This document shows, in pieces, positions 21,572-31,155 of a stretch of 35,026 nucleotides of DNA (within the stretch, counting starts at the first letter, position 1; each line of letters begins with the position of its first letter). The translations under genes were made by a program, and so were the position numbers. Below the pieces are notes generated by a model. The model was not told the DNA's origin. It did not search any database and saw nothing but the letters and a program-made list of their open reading frames with translations. The stretch is from a virus. The stretch is from IMG/VR virus record IMGVR_UViG_3300045988_156067; one strand, 5' to 3'.

Positions 21572-22402
21572 TTGGAGTTTTATGGTATCGAGGAACGAAA
21601 AACCGGAATTCGGTGGATTCAATCCCATCAATTACAATATATCAGTGCAGAACAGCCTTATGCAGAAGCGAACGTTGGCATCTACACTGGAAGAACCAAT
21701 GGTGGCTATGGATTGGGGCTATATTGGACGGATTTTTCTGCCACTGCCCCAGAAGTAGAAACATTTACCGTAGATATTCCAGGGCGAAACGGGTTACTGG
21801 ATTATTCTGAAGCTTTGACTGGCTCTCCGGTTTACAAGAATGCAACGCTATTTGCAACATTTGTGGCAGCTTGTACGATGGCAGAATGGCACAAGCTCTA
21901 TCAAAACATCCGGCAAGAGTTGCACGGGCAAGTTTGTACCATTGTTGCAGACAGCAATTCCAGCTATGCCTATCGTGGACGCTGCACCGTAGATTCCACC
22001 ATGGAAGATGCCAAGCATGCTGTTTTCACCATTTCCGCCGATATAGAGCCGTATTGCTATGATAATTTTCCATTGCAAAAGGGATTCCTTTGGGATGCGA
22101 CCGATTTTTCCGGAAGCCTTCCGGATGCACTGACACTGAGCGAATCTGGAGAAATTACAGAAACACTGTATGCTCCGAATGGCAGGGTTGGTGGACTTTA
22201 TGGAGAGGTTACAGTCATTGCAGAATTTCCTTGCACGGTAACCATCAACGGAACTGCTAAAGAAATCGAAGAAGCAAACGGGAAAGCGGTGTTTTCTATC
22301 AGCTCTTATTTACAGCACAACAGCAGCGTGACGGTTACAATCACCGGAGGCACTGCCGGAAGCCAAATTGCAATTCTATGCAGATGCAGGAGGTTGTTAT
22401 AA
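21572..22402 (+). CDS. Distal tail protein (Dit/Sipho_tail-like), TTG start
   Basis: VDIPGRNGLLDYSEALTG..VYKNATLFATFV......IVADSNSSYAYRGRC resembles Dit N-terminal domains. A GAAGGTG SD lies about 8 nt upstream of the TTG. Confidence 0.65.
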   Translation: MEFYGIEERKTGIRWIQSHQLQYISAEQPYAEANVGIYTGRTNGGYGLGLYWTDFSATAPEVETFTVDIPGRNGLLDYSEALTGSPVYKNATLFATFVAACTMAEWHKLYQNIRQELHGQVCTIVADSNSSYAYRGRCTVDSTMEDAKHAVFTISADIEPYCYDNFPLQKGFLWDATDFSGSLPDALTLSESGEITETLYAPNGRVGGLYGEVTVIAEFPCTVTINGTAKEIEEANGKAVFSISSYLQHNSSVTVTITGGTAGSQIAILCRCRRLL

Positions 22403-23967
22403 TGTATACAGCCTATTACTTTCCATTTGAAAATTGCAGGGACGGAATTATTCCGAGATTGCCACTGTTTGACCCGAAGAATGGCTATTTTCTGAAAGAT
22501 GCGGTTTTGAAAACGAGTGCAACCAAAGCAGGCAAATTTACTTTTACCATCCCAGTAGACGATGAACGAGTACTACAGGTTTTACAGTGCTGGGTTACTG
22601 TCGTATCTGATAATGTGCGGCGGCACGATGAAGACACTGTGGGTGAAAATGTGATATGGGTTGGACGACCGACACAAGTAGAGCGAGATTTGTATGGGAA
22701 TCGAACATACACCTGCGAAGGCGTTCTGGGAATGCTAAATGATACGGTATGCGTTGCAAAGCCATATCCCTCTATTTATAACAGTATCCCAGATTTTATC
22801 AATTTTCTTGTATTCTCCCTCTGGACGGATTATCAATGCTATACAGCAGCAGTAGATGCAAACACAGACGCAAGCACCGTGTTCCGAAACGGAACATGGT
22901 ACAGCTATGACGGCAAAAAAATTCTCTACAAAGAAACGAAAATTCCAGAAGGTGCTAAAGTTTGCGTCCCGCAGGTGGACTACAATAACGGATATTATCT
23001 GAGTAGCGTGGTCTATGAAGATTCTGCCTGCAAAACAAAAGTTTTGAAACCAGATGGCAACGGATTTTACTACATAGACAACATTTCTTTTGTACGATAT
23101 TGGACACAAGCAGAAACAGCAATGGAGCTATTACAGTCTCGAATTATCGACTATTTTGGCGGCAATTTTCAAGCAGAAGTTGTAGACCCATACACGCAAA
23201 AAGAACCACTGACAGACGTTCTGCACACTGGCTGCATTCGGTACGCTTATCGAGACCCAAGCAATCATACAATTAAGACACAAAAGCTGGAACTTGGCGG
23301 CAATATCACAGATGTTTCTTCTTCTTATATAGCAGAAGATTTTTATACTGGAATTGTTCCAGTGTCGAGTTCTAATGCGGATAACACTACTGGAGAATCG
23401 GACGCTACGGAAACAATGATTTATCCAGAGGCGACGGAATCCGACTTCGATAGTGATGGCAACCGAAAAATAGATATAAAGCCATACGCAGCATTCAGTT
23501 TTTATGGTGGAAATGATACGGAAATTACACCGAGCAATCTCGTTGTTTGGTTCACCGGCGGGAAGTTCGGAGATTATTATATGTCAAATCGTGAATATCC
23601 AGCATCACGAGCTTTCAATCAATATTTGCTGAACAAATACGGACCAATTGTCCGAAAAGTGAACTTCTCGTTTAGCGAGAATAACCCAGATAAATATACC
23701 AAACGAGAAGCCGTGGTTGCCCATGTACTGGCGTTGGAAGAACCCAAAGCAACTTTTTCCGTATCCGCAGTAGATTTGGGACTAGTGGAAGATGGTGTGG
23801 AGTGCTTGCAGGCTGGTTTTCAAGTGGAAGTGGTTTATACGCCACTTGGGATTGACGAACGGATGACGATTGAAGAATTGGAAATCCATCTGGATGACCC
23901 AACGCAGTGCAAGGTAACACTGAACGGCTCTTTGGATTCGATTGCAAAAATAGTAGCGAGGGGGTGA
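22402..23967 (+). CDS. Tail-associated protein (Tal / prophage-tail N-terminal domain-like)
   Basis: The N-terminus LKDAVLKTSATKAGKFTFTIPVDDERVLQVLQCWVTVV...VERDLYGNRTYTCEGVLGML resembles Tal/gp27-like N-termini. A GCAGGAGG SD and a TAATG overlap are present. Confidence 0.6.
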   Translation: MYTAYYFPFENCRDGIIPRLPLFDPKNGYFLKDAVLKTSATKAGKFTFTIPVDDERVLQVLQCWVTVVSDNVRRHDEDTVGENVIWVGRPTQVERDLYGNRTYTCEGVLGMLNDTVCVAKPYPSIYNSIPDFINFLVFSLWTDYQCYTAAVDANTDASTVFRNGTWYSYDGKKILYKETKIPEGAKVCVPQVDYNNGYYLSSVVYEDSACKTKVLKPDGNGFYYIDNISFVRYWTQAETAMELLQSRIIDYFGGNFQAEVVDPYTQKEPLTDVLHTGCIRYAYRDPSNHTIKTQKLELGGNITDVSSSYIAEDFYTGIVPVSSSNADNTTGESDATETMIYPEATESDFDSDGNRKIDIKPYAAFSFYGGNDTEITPSNLVVWFTGGKFGDYYMSNREYPASRAFNQYLLNKYGPIVRKVNFSFSENNPDKYTKREAVVAHVLALEEPKATFSVSAVDLGLVEDGVECLQAGFQVEVVYTPLGIDERMTIEELEIHLDDPTQCKVTLNGSLDSIAKIVARG

Positions 23968-23971
23968 GTGT

Positions 23972-26900
23972 ATGGCAGATTATACGCTGTCTGCGAAAAT
24001 TACAGCGGACATCAAAGGTTTTGTAAGCAATATCAATACCGTAACAAAAAAAGCGGAAAGCATGGCAGAAAAGCTTAGCAGCAGCATGCAACCTGTGAAA
24101 ACGGCAGCAGCATCCGCAAAGGAAGATATTGCCGCTCTTGCTGATGGATTTCAACAATGGACAGCAGCATCTCCTACTATTCAAAAAATAAAAACGCAAA
24201 TAGAGCAGATGATGCAAGCATTCCAAAACAGTGCTGCCGGAACTGCTTTGCAAAATCTGGAAACGAAAATGAAAGAGCTGATTTCGCCAATTCAGTCTGC
24301 TGCATCTCAGATGAAGTCACTAGCAGAAGCGGCAAAAGATAAGGCTCTTGGAATCTTATCTTCAACAGCAGAAAAGGCGAAAACGGGAATAGAAGCTCTC
24401 AAAAATTCCATTCAGCGAACGGTTTCTGAATCCAAGGCATTCCAGACTATTTCAGCAGAAATTAACGCCATTAAGCCGTTTGCATCTGCGGTAGCCGGAA
24501 CTGTAGAACACGTGTTCCAATCCGCATTTTCTGCAATTCAATCAGCGGCTTCTAAAGTCCCTGATGCGATAAAAAGCATTGTTTCTACTGCCAAAAGCAC
24601 ATTAAATACCATCTCTGACCTTTCCGATAAGGCAAGTAAGGCGTTGGAATCTGTTGGAAAATCGGCAGAATCCATTGGCAGCGGATTGCAATCGGCTGGA
24701 GATAATCTGAGCAGCCTTGGCGGAAAAATTACCGCCGTAGAAACGGCAGCCGCTGGATTGGCAACAGTTGGACTAAAAAAAGCAACGGATTCTGCGATTG
24801 ACTTTGACACGCAAATGCGAAAAGTTGGAGCAATTTCCAGTTCAACGGATGAAGAACTGCAAGCCCTTCGGGGATCTGCATTGGAACTGGGTGCAAGCAC
24901 TTCACTTTCCAGCTCCGAAGTAGCAGAAGCCATGACAGAAATGGCAGCAAAGGGCAGCGATGCAAACCAGATTATCGCTGATATGCCTGGGATTATCTCT
25001 GCTGCGGAAGCTTCTGGAGAAGATTTGTCTTTGGTAGCGGATACTGTTTCCAACGCAATGAACGCATTTGGAGACAGTGCTGGTGATGCGACCCATGTAG
25101 CAGATGTGTTGGCACAGTCTGCGAATCAATCTGCCGCTGGCGTATCCGACTTGCAATATGCGTTCAAATATGCTGCACCGTTAGCATCTTCTTTGGGAAT
25201 TAGCATGGAGGAATTAGCAGCCGCAACCGGTGTTATGACAGATGCTGGGTTAGAAGGTTCTCAAGCCGGTACAACCTTGCGTGCAATGTTTGTTTCTATG
25301 TCCAAACCAACAGACGAAGCACGAGAAGCGATGGAGCAGCTCGGTATTTCTTTTTACGATTCCGAAGGCAAAATGAAATCCATTAGTACGATTGTATCTG
25401 ATTTACAGACAGCCACTGCGGATTTGACCGATGAAGAAAAAGAACAGGCACTCGCAACGATGTTTGGCACAGAATCTCTTTCCGGACTGCAAGCAATGAT
25501 GAACGCAACGCCGGGAACGATTGACAAAATGGCAGATAGCCTGAAAAATTGTGACGGTGCATCGGAAGAAGCAGCGGCAAAGATGAAAGATGGCGTTGGC
25601 GGTGCAATTGAGAATATGCAGGGTGCGATTGAATCTTTTCAAATTACCATTGGGACTGCTTTACTTCCGATGATTCAAACGGCGGCAAATACAATTTCAG
25701 ATTTATTTGCAGACATGACCGCTGGGTTCAATGAAAACGGAATCACTGGCGTGGTAGATGCCATTATTGGAAAGCTGCAAGAGTTAACGCAGCCAGAGCT
25801 GTTCAGCCCTATTTCTGAAAACGTTACAACAGTACAGACAACGATAGGCAAAGTCGTGGATAAGGTGGATGACCTTTGGCAGAAATTTCAAGAGCTACAA
25901 GATGCCGGCGTACCATTCGGGAAAATTGCAGCGGCAGCAGCGGCAGTTGGTCCTTCTTTGATGGTTGCCGGAAAGGCAGTTTCTGCTGTCGGCACAGCAA
26001 TTTCCGGAATCGGGAAAGTTGCTTCCACTTTAAGCAGCGGCTTTGGAATGCTTTCTAAACTTTCTGCTGTTCTTGGCGGATTGTCTACGCCAGTTTTCCT
26101 TGTTGTAGCAGCAATTGCAGCTTTAGCAGCCGGATTCATTTATTGCTATACAACCAGTGAAGATTTTCGGAATACCGTTTCCGATTTTTTTTCTGGAATT
26201 TTGCCTGCTATACAAACGGTAATCGATACGTTAAAACCGCTGTTTCAAGAGTTTGGAACAAAGCTCGGTGAGCTGTTTCAAGCAATTTCCCCTACGATTG
26301 AAACCCTGATGACAGCTGTTACAAAGATTGTGGGCGTTATCGCAGAAAATCTCATTCCAATCATTGGGAAAATTATTGAAGTGGTAATGGAAGTTGTGAA
26401 TGCTTTACTTCCCATCATAACGCCTATCATCAATTGGATTCTGCAATTTGTCAGCGACCTCATAACAGCATTGACGCCAATCGTAGAATGGATTTTGAAA
26501 GCAGCACTTTCTATTGTGGAGTGGATTCAATCTGCAATCGAATGGATTGGAAATGCAGTTGTAACTGTAAAAGATTGGATTGTAAATACTGTAGAAGAGA
26601 CCAAAGAGAAAATTGATTTGGCAATTGCAATTGTTTCTGCCCTATTTGAAAGCCTCAAAGAAACGATTCAAAACATTGTTTCTGCAATTAAAGACTGGAT
26701 TTCCGAAAAAGTAGAAGCTGCAAAAGAAATCATTTCCAATGTCGTCGATGCCGTCTCCGGTTTCTTCTCCAACTTAAAAGAGACGATTTCCGGTATTTTT
26801 GACAGCATTGCTGATAAAATCCGAAGTGTCATGGATACGGTAAAGGGTATTTTTGAAAACGTTCTGGACAGCATTGAAAACCTCTGGAACGGCTTATCTG

Positions 26901-27385
26901 ACTTTGTCGGTGGCATATTTGACGGCATTGGAACGGCTTTTGACAATTTAATCAGCGGAGCAAAAAGCTTAATCAATAATTTCATTGACGGCTTGAATTT
27001 TGCAATTGATATTATCAACGCCATCCCAGGCGTATCCATTGGATATGTCGATTATCTGGCACACGGTACTGACGATTGGCCAGGTGGCTTTGCTATCATG
27101 AACGAAGGTGGACGAGGGGAACTGGTCAACCTGCCGAATGGTTCTCAGGTCATTCCGCATGACATTAGCAAAAAATATGCACAGGAAGCCGCACGAGTAA
27201 ACGCAACGGAAGTGATGTTCATTGATTATGACCGCCTGATTACAGGCATTGCATCCGCTATGCAAGGGGTGTCTGTGAATAGCACTGTCAATCTGGACGG
27301 GAAAGCAGTGTCCAAAGGCATTGCACCCTATATGGATACCGATTTGGGGCGGTTACAAGGAGCAGCAAAACGATATGCAACGTAA
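23972..27385 (+). CDS. Tape measure protein (TP901-family core)
   Basis: 1137 aa. The core reads AIDFDTQMRKVGAISSST...LGASTSLSSSEVAEAMTEMAAKGSD...HVADVLAQSANQSAAGVSDLQYAFKYAAPLA...GTTLRAMF. It has transmembrane-like glycine/alanine stretches and long W/F-periodic repeats. Confidence 0.95.
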   Translation: MADYTLSAKITADIKGFVSNINTVTKKAESMAEKLSSSMQPVKTAAASAKEDIAALADGFQQWTAASPTIQKIKTQIEQMMQAFQNSAAGTALQNLETKMKELISPIQSAASQMKSLAEAAKDKALGILSSTAEKAKTGIEALKNSIQRTVSESKAFQTISAEINAIKPFASAVAGTVEHVFQSAFSAIQSAASKVPDAIKSIVSTAKSTLNTISDLSDKASKALESVGKSAESIGSGLQSAGDNLSSLGGKITAVETAAAGLATVGLKKATDSAIDFDTQMRKVGAISSSTDEELQALRGSALELGASTSLSSSEVAEAMTEMAAKGSDANQIIADMPGIISAAEASGEDLSLVADTVSNAMNAFGDSAGDATHVADVLAQSANQSAAGVSDLQYAFKYAAPLASSLGISMEELAAATGVMTDAGLEGSQAGTTLRAMFVSMSKPTDEAREAMEQLGISFYDSEGKMKSISTIVSDLQTATADLTDEEKEQALATMFGTESLSGLQAMMNATPGTIDKMADSLKNCDGASEEAAAKMKDGVGGAIENMQGAIESFQITIGTALLPMIQTAANTISDLFADMTAGFNENGITGVVDAIIGKLQELTQPELFSPISENVTTVQTTIGKVVDKVDDLWQKFQELQDAGVPFGKIAAAAAAVGPSLMVAGKAVSAVGTAISGIGKVASTLSSGFGMLSKLSAVLGGLSTPVFLVVAAIAALAAGFIYCYTTSEDFRNTVSDFFSGILPAIQTVIDTLKPLFQEFGTKLGELFQAISPTIETLMTAVTKIVGVIAENLIPIIGKIIEVVMEVVNALLPIITPIINWILQFVSDLITALTPIVEWILKAALSIVEWIQSAIEWIGNAVVTVKDWIVNTVEETKEKIDLAIAIVSALFESLKETIQNIVSAIKDWISEKVEAAKEIISNVVDAVSGFFSNLKETISGIFDSIADKIRSVMDTVKGIFENVLDSIENLWNGLSDFVGGIFDGIGTAFDNLISGAKSLINNFIDGLNFAIDIINAIPGVSIGYVDYLAHGTDDWPGGFAIMNEGGRGELVNLPNGSQVIPHDISKKYAQEAARVNATEVMFIDYDRLITGIASAMQGVSVNSTVNLDGKAVSKGIAPYMDTDLGRLQGAAKRYAT

Positions 27386-27397
27386 AGGAGCGATTCT

Positions 27398-27691
27398 ATG
27401 ATTGATATTTCCAGTAATATTGCAGTCATTCGAGAAACCAGCAGCGGTTCAGAACTGCGAACCAACATTGCAAGCGGCATGGAAACGCTGGCAGGCAAGG
27501 CAGCATCCAGCGATGATGTCACCGCCGCAAACGAATCGGTTGCTGCAATGGAAACCAAAATTACAGAAACAAATACAGCAATCCAAGAAGTTTATGATGC
27601 CCAAACGGCGTTGAACGATAAAATGAAAGAACTTGAAGAACAGTGTTCTGCATTGCAAAAAATTGCAAATAAGTGGGTGGTGCATGCTTAA
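27398..27691 (+). CDS. Small putative coiled-coil tail protein sharing an N-terminal motif with the next gene
   Basis: 97 aa. IAVIRETSSGSELRTNIASGMETL aligns with LQEIQNNLWGTNVRENIALALEKL of the next protein. Confidence 0.55.
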   Translation: MIDISSNIAVIRETSSGSELRTNIASGMETLAGKAASSDDVTAANESVAAMETKITETNTAIQEVYDAQTALNDKMKELEEQCSALQKIANKWVVHA

Positions 27692-28716
27692 TGGCAGATA
27701 TTGCAATTACAACCGAATTACAGGAAATTCAAAACAATCTTTGGGGTACGAATGTGCGAGAAAATATTGCTCTTGCTCTGGAAAAATTGCAGAATCTTCC
27801 GGAAGAGCCAAATACCATTCAAGGAAGCCTGAAAAATTCAAAATTATCTCTTCTAAAAGTATCCATACAAAATATGGAAAATACATTGCAATCCAGAAAA
27901 GACCAACTCGACAGAATCAAAGCCAGATTGGAACAGGCTTCCGGCAGAACCATTTTGCAGTATGGAAAATGCGGCAACGATGTGTATTATACAATTTGCG
28001 ATGACGGAGAAGCGGCTTTGTATGGCACAGGTGCAACGTATGATTACAGAACAGGGATTATCTTTGTAACAGATGTGTCAAGCGAACGCTCCGTTTTTTA
28101 TAAGAATATCAATATTAAGAAAATCACGATTTCAGATGGTATTACAAGAGTTGGAAACGGGCTGTTTGAAGATTGCCCAAACGCAGAAGCAGTTTCCTTA
28201 CCATCTTCTTTGACGGAAATTGGAATTGGAGCATTCTTTATTTCCGTGAATACATCTGATATTGGACACGGATTGCAGCAATTGACAATTCCTAGCACTG
28301 TAAAATCCCTTGAAGCATATGCATTTTGCGATACTGCAATTACAGACGTTATCATTCCATTCAACGTAACAACATGGGAAAGCTATGTTTTTAGTGAATG
28401 TAAAAAATTGACTACCGTGCGAGTAGAAAGCAGCCTGATTGGTGGATTTGCTTTTACGAGTTGCACTGCTCTAACCAGTTTAACCATTTCTGCCAACTGC
28501 ACGAAAATTGGAACATGCATGCTCACTTACTGCTCCAGCCTGACCGAAATCACCTACGAAGGCACAAAAGCACAGTGGGATGCAATTGAAAAAGGCACGA
28601 ATTGGGATTCAAGGCACGGTGCTGACCATGAGGACGTGCTATCCAAAATCATTTGCAGCGATGGGAACTGGATTTTCAACGAAGAAACGAAAACTTGGGA
28701 GGAGGAAACCGCATGA
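27691..28716 (+). CDS. BspA-type leucine-rich-repeat (LRR_5-like) tail/receptor-binding protein
   Basis: Repeats read ITISDGITRVGNGLFEDCPNAEAVSLPSSLTEIGIGAFF...IPSTVKSLEAYAFCDTAITDVIIP...ITYEGTKAQWDAIEKGTNW. TAATG overlap with the previous gene. Confidence 0.78.
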   Translation: MADIAITTELQEIQNNLWGTNVRENIALALEKLQNLPEEPNTIQGSLKNSKLSLLKVSIQNMENTLQSRKDQLDRIKARLEQASGRTILQYGKCGNDVYYTICDDGEAALYGTGATYDYRTGIIFVTDVSSERSVFYKNINIKKITISDGITRVGNGLFEDCPNAEAVSLPSSLTEIGIGAFFISVNTSDIGHGLQQLTIPSTVKSLEAYAFCDTAITDVIIPFNVTTWESYVFSECKKLTTVRVESSLIGGFAFTSCTALTSLTISANCTKIGTCMLTYCSSLTEITYEGTKAQWDAIEKGTNWDSRHGADHEDVLSKIICSDGNWIFNEETKTWEEETA

Positions 28717-31151
28717 AATTTTTGGTAAAAAAGCAGCAGATTGATTGCATCGAGCGGGACAAATTGGCAGATGGACAGATTGCCTTTGTATCCTTTCGAT
28801 TCGTGTTTGACAATGAATGGGAAGGCTTGTATAAGGTTGTACAATTTATGCAAGGCGAAAATACCTATAATATCTCGCTTGGTGTAGATGGCTATTCCTG
28901 CAAAATGCCGTCAGAATTGCAGGCAGGTTGTGCGGAAATGAGCCTGTTTGGCTATGCTCCAGACGATGAAACGGCTCTGCGAGCAACGACAGCTCCTATT
29001 AAGCTGCGGATTGAGCAATCCGGATTCAGCAGTTCCGGTTCTGAAATCGTTCCGCCAACGCCGGACTTGTATCAGCAATTGATTGCAAAAATTGATGAAA
29101 AGATTGCTTCGGTACACGATGGAGCGGATGGAGCATCTGCCTATGAAATCGCTGTTGAGAACGGCTATACCGGCACGGAAGCCGAATGGCTGACATCTCT
29201 AAAGGGACAAAAAGGCGAACGTGGTGAAAAGGGCGAGAAAGGCGATACTGGAGAACAGGGCTTGCAGGGCATCCAAGGTGAAAAAGGTGAAAAAGGTGAA
29301 AAAGGCGATACTGGAGCAGCCGGAAAAGATGGCATGAATGGAACGGATGGAAGAGATGGGGCAAATGGTTTCTCTCCAACGGTAATCGTAACGGAAACCA
29401 GTACAGGAGCAACCATTACCGCTACAGACAAAAATGGCACAACGACAGCAACCATCAAAAATGGAACAAGCGGAGAGACCGCCTCTTGGGGCGATTATAC
29501 GCCGGGATGTGAAGAGGGTGAATCAGCGAAATACTGCACCGCAAAGCTGGTTACAGTAACAGGCAAGCAAACATGGCAGGTATTGCCGTCCATCAGCACG
29601 GTATCTCACAACGCTCTGGATATTGTACCGGACGGGTTGTTTGTGCTGGATTTGTCGCCGGATGTGGATACGCTAAAAGCCTCTGCACATACGCACGATA
29701 ACAAGAGTGTACTTGATGATATTGACGCTACAAAGTGGAGCGTCATCAAAAACACACATCATTCTCATAACAACATGGCAATTTTAAACAGCCTTTCGCC
29801 AGCCGACTTGCAACACATTCAAGCTTTACAAAATGTCATTGGCGAGTTGACTGTTCTGCATTCCAACTTTGATGATACTTGCAGCACTAAAACAGTTTAC
29901 GTTAATGCCACTGTTGGTTCAGACACACAAGACGGCAGCACCGCAGCAAAAGCCCTGCAAACACTCAGAACGGCTTTACAGTTTACACAATACGCAAAGA
30001 AAGCTGTCATTTATTTGGCAGCTGGAACTTATCCCATTCCAGACAAAACATTGACCCTGCTTGGTCGAGATGTTCGGATTTATGGCAATGCCGCAGCGAC
30101 AACAACCATTCAAGGGAATTTTGTCTGTGAAAATGGATTTTTGCATCTGTCCAAAGTCACCATTGACAACACCGACAGCGATACTGCAAACACATCCACA
30201 ACCGCAATCCTTGCACAGTATAATGGAACGGTTCGGATTTCTGATTGTGTGGTGAATGCCAACTCTAAAAATGCAGTTGGTGTCTCTGATATGTCGAACA
30301 TTTGCTGTTCTGGTACGGAATTTAAAGGCAATGCACAGTATGCTGTTTATGTAACCGGACAAGGTGACGCAAAAATTTACAGCTGCACCAATAGTACTAC
30401 AAAAAGCATTTATTCTGGTGCAAATAGTATGGTTCGGATTACACAGAGTAACGAAAGTGATTTCCCTTACACAAATGCAAATAATGGCATGGTATTTGTA
30501 AATGGGCAGCAAGTCCTGCCACTGTCAGGCAGTATCCAATTTCGGCATGGAAAAGGAACGTTTACTGCAACCGCAACTGGTACAAATGTTGTGTGGCAGT
30601 ACGGCGGACAACAGGTGCAAAACGACAAATGCACGTTTGATGTAAAATCAGACAATGGGCTGATTTGCATGGATTTTGACAGTATTACATCCTTATCAAT
30701 CCAAAACGACGCTGAAAACAAGATGGATTTATCCGATTTAGGCGGTAAAATTACAAGCTCGCTAAACTTAAACAGCTGTTCAAACATTACAGGAGATTTA
30801 TCCGATTTAGGCGGTAAAATTACAAGCTCGCTAAACTTAAACAACTGCCCAAACATCACAGGAGATTTATCCGATTTAGGTGGTAAAATTACAAGCTTGC
30901 TGAGCTTATACAACTGTTCAAACATCACAGGCGTCTATTCTGGTACAAAATATCCTAAAAATGTTAACATATCCAAAACAGCTATCACGTCAGCCGATAT
31001 GGACGCAAATTTGATAAATTTTGCCGCAAGTGGTGTCAAATCAGGCAAGTTTACAGCAACCGGAATGAAACGGACGGCTGCATCCGATGATGTTGTTGCA
31101 ACATTGGTTGCAAACGGATGGACAGTATCAGGTCTTACAAAGGAGAGTTAA
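28713..31151 (+). CDS. Tail fibre / receptor-binding protein with a collagen-like Gly-X-Y tract, a beta-helix (pectin-lyase-like) region and C-terminal LRR-like repeats
   Basis: ATGA overlap with the previous gene. It has 18 GXY triplets. The beta-helix onset motif is VYVNATVGSDTQDGSTAAKALQTLRTAL...AAGTYPI. Three DLSDLGGKITSSLNLNxCxNITG repeats follow. Confidence 0.85.
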   Translation: MKFLVKKQQIDCIERDKLADGQIAFVSFRFVFDNEWEGLYKVVQFMQGENTYNISLGVDGYSCKMPSELQAGCAEMSLFGYAPDDETALRATTAPIKLRIEQSGFSSSGSEIVPPTPDLYQQLIAKIDEKIASVHDGADGASAYEIAVENGYTGTEAEWLTSLKGQKGERGEKGEKGDTGEQGLQGIQGEKGEKGEKGDTGAAGKDGMNGTDGRDGANGFSPTVIVTETSTGATITATDKNGTTTATIKNGTSGETASWGDYTPGCEEGESAKYCTAKLVTVTGKQTWQVLPSISTVSHNALDIVPDGLFVLDLSPDVDTLKASAHTHDNKSVLDDIDATKWSVIKNTHHSHNNMAILNSLSPADLQHIQALQNVIGELTVLHSNFDDTCSTKTVYVNATVGSDTQDGSTAAKALQTLRTALQFTQYAKKAVIYLAAGTYPIPDKTLTLLGRDVRIYGNAAATTTIQGNFVCENGFLHLSKVTIDNTDSDTANTSTTAILAQYNGTVRISDCVVNANSKNAVGVSDMSNICCSGTEFKGNAQYAVYVTGQGDAKIYSCTNSTTKSIYSGANSMVRITQSNESDFPYTNANNGMVFVNGQQVLPLSGSIQFRHGKGTFTATATGTNVVWQYGGQQVQNDKCTFDVKSDNGLICMDFDSITSLSIQNDAENKMDLSDLGGKITSSLNLNSCSNITGDLSDLGGKITSSLNLNNCPNITGDLSDLGGKITSLLSLYNCSNITGVYSGTKYPKNVNISKTAITSADMDANLINFAASGVKSGKFTATGMKRTAASDDVVATLVANGWTVSGLTKES
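29205..29369 (+). repeat. Collagen-like coding repeat (18 Gly-X-Y triplets)
   Basis: GQKGERGEKGEKGDTGEQGLQGIQGEKGEKGEKGDTGAAGKDGMNGTDGRDGANG. Confidence 0.95.
30726..30932 (+). repeat. Three tandem 69-bp near-identical coding repeats (23-aa LRR-like units)
   Basis: Units at 30726..30794, 30795..30863 and 30864..30932 each begin gatttatccgatttagg(c/t)ggtaaaattacaagct. Confidence 0.95.
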
Positions 31152-31155
31152 GCTT

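Noticed and set aside
21517-21810. 97-aa alternative-frame ORF across the GT/Dit junction.
   Set aside because: It overlaps two better-supported genes, has no SD, and has Trp/Arg/Cys-rich shadow composition.
29026-29458. Repeat-rich minus-strand ORFs (128 aa and 97 aa, proline/phenylalanine/serine repeats).
   Set aside because: They are the reverse complement of the Gly-X-Y collagen tract of the fibre gene. The periodicity is inherited from that coding repeat.
30726-30932. Regularly spaced 69-bp repeats considered as a possible CRISPR-like array.
   Set aside because: The units are contiguous with no spacers, in frame within the fibre ORF, and encode a leucine-rich repeat. No cas genes are present.
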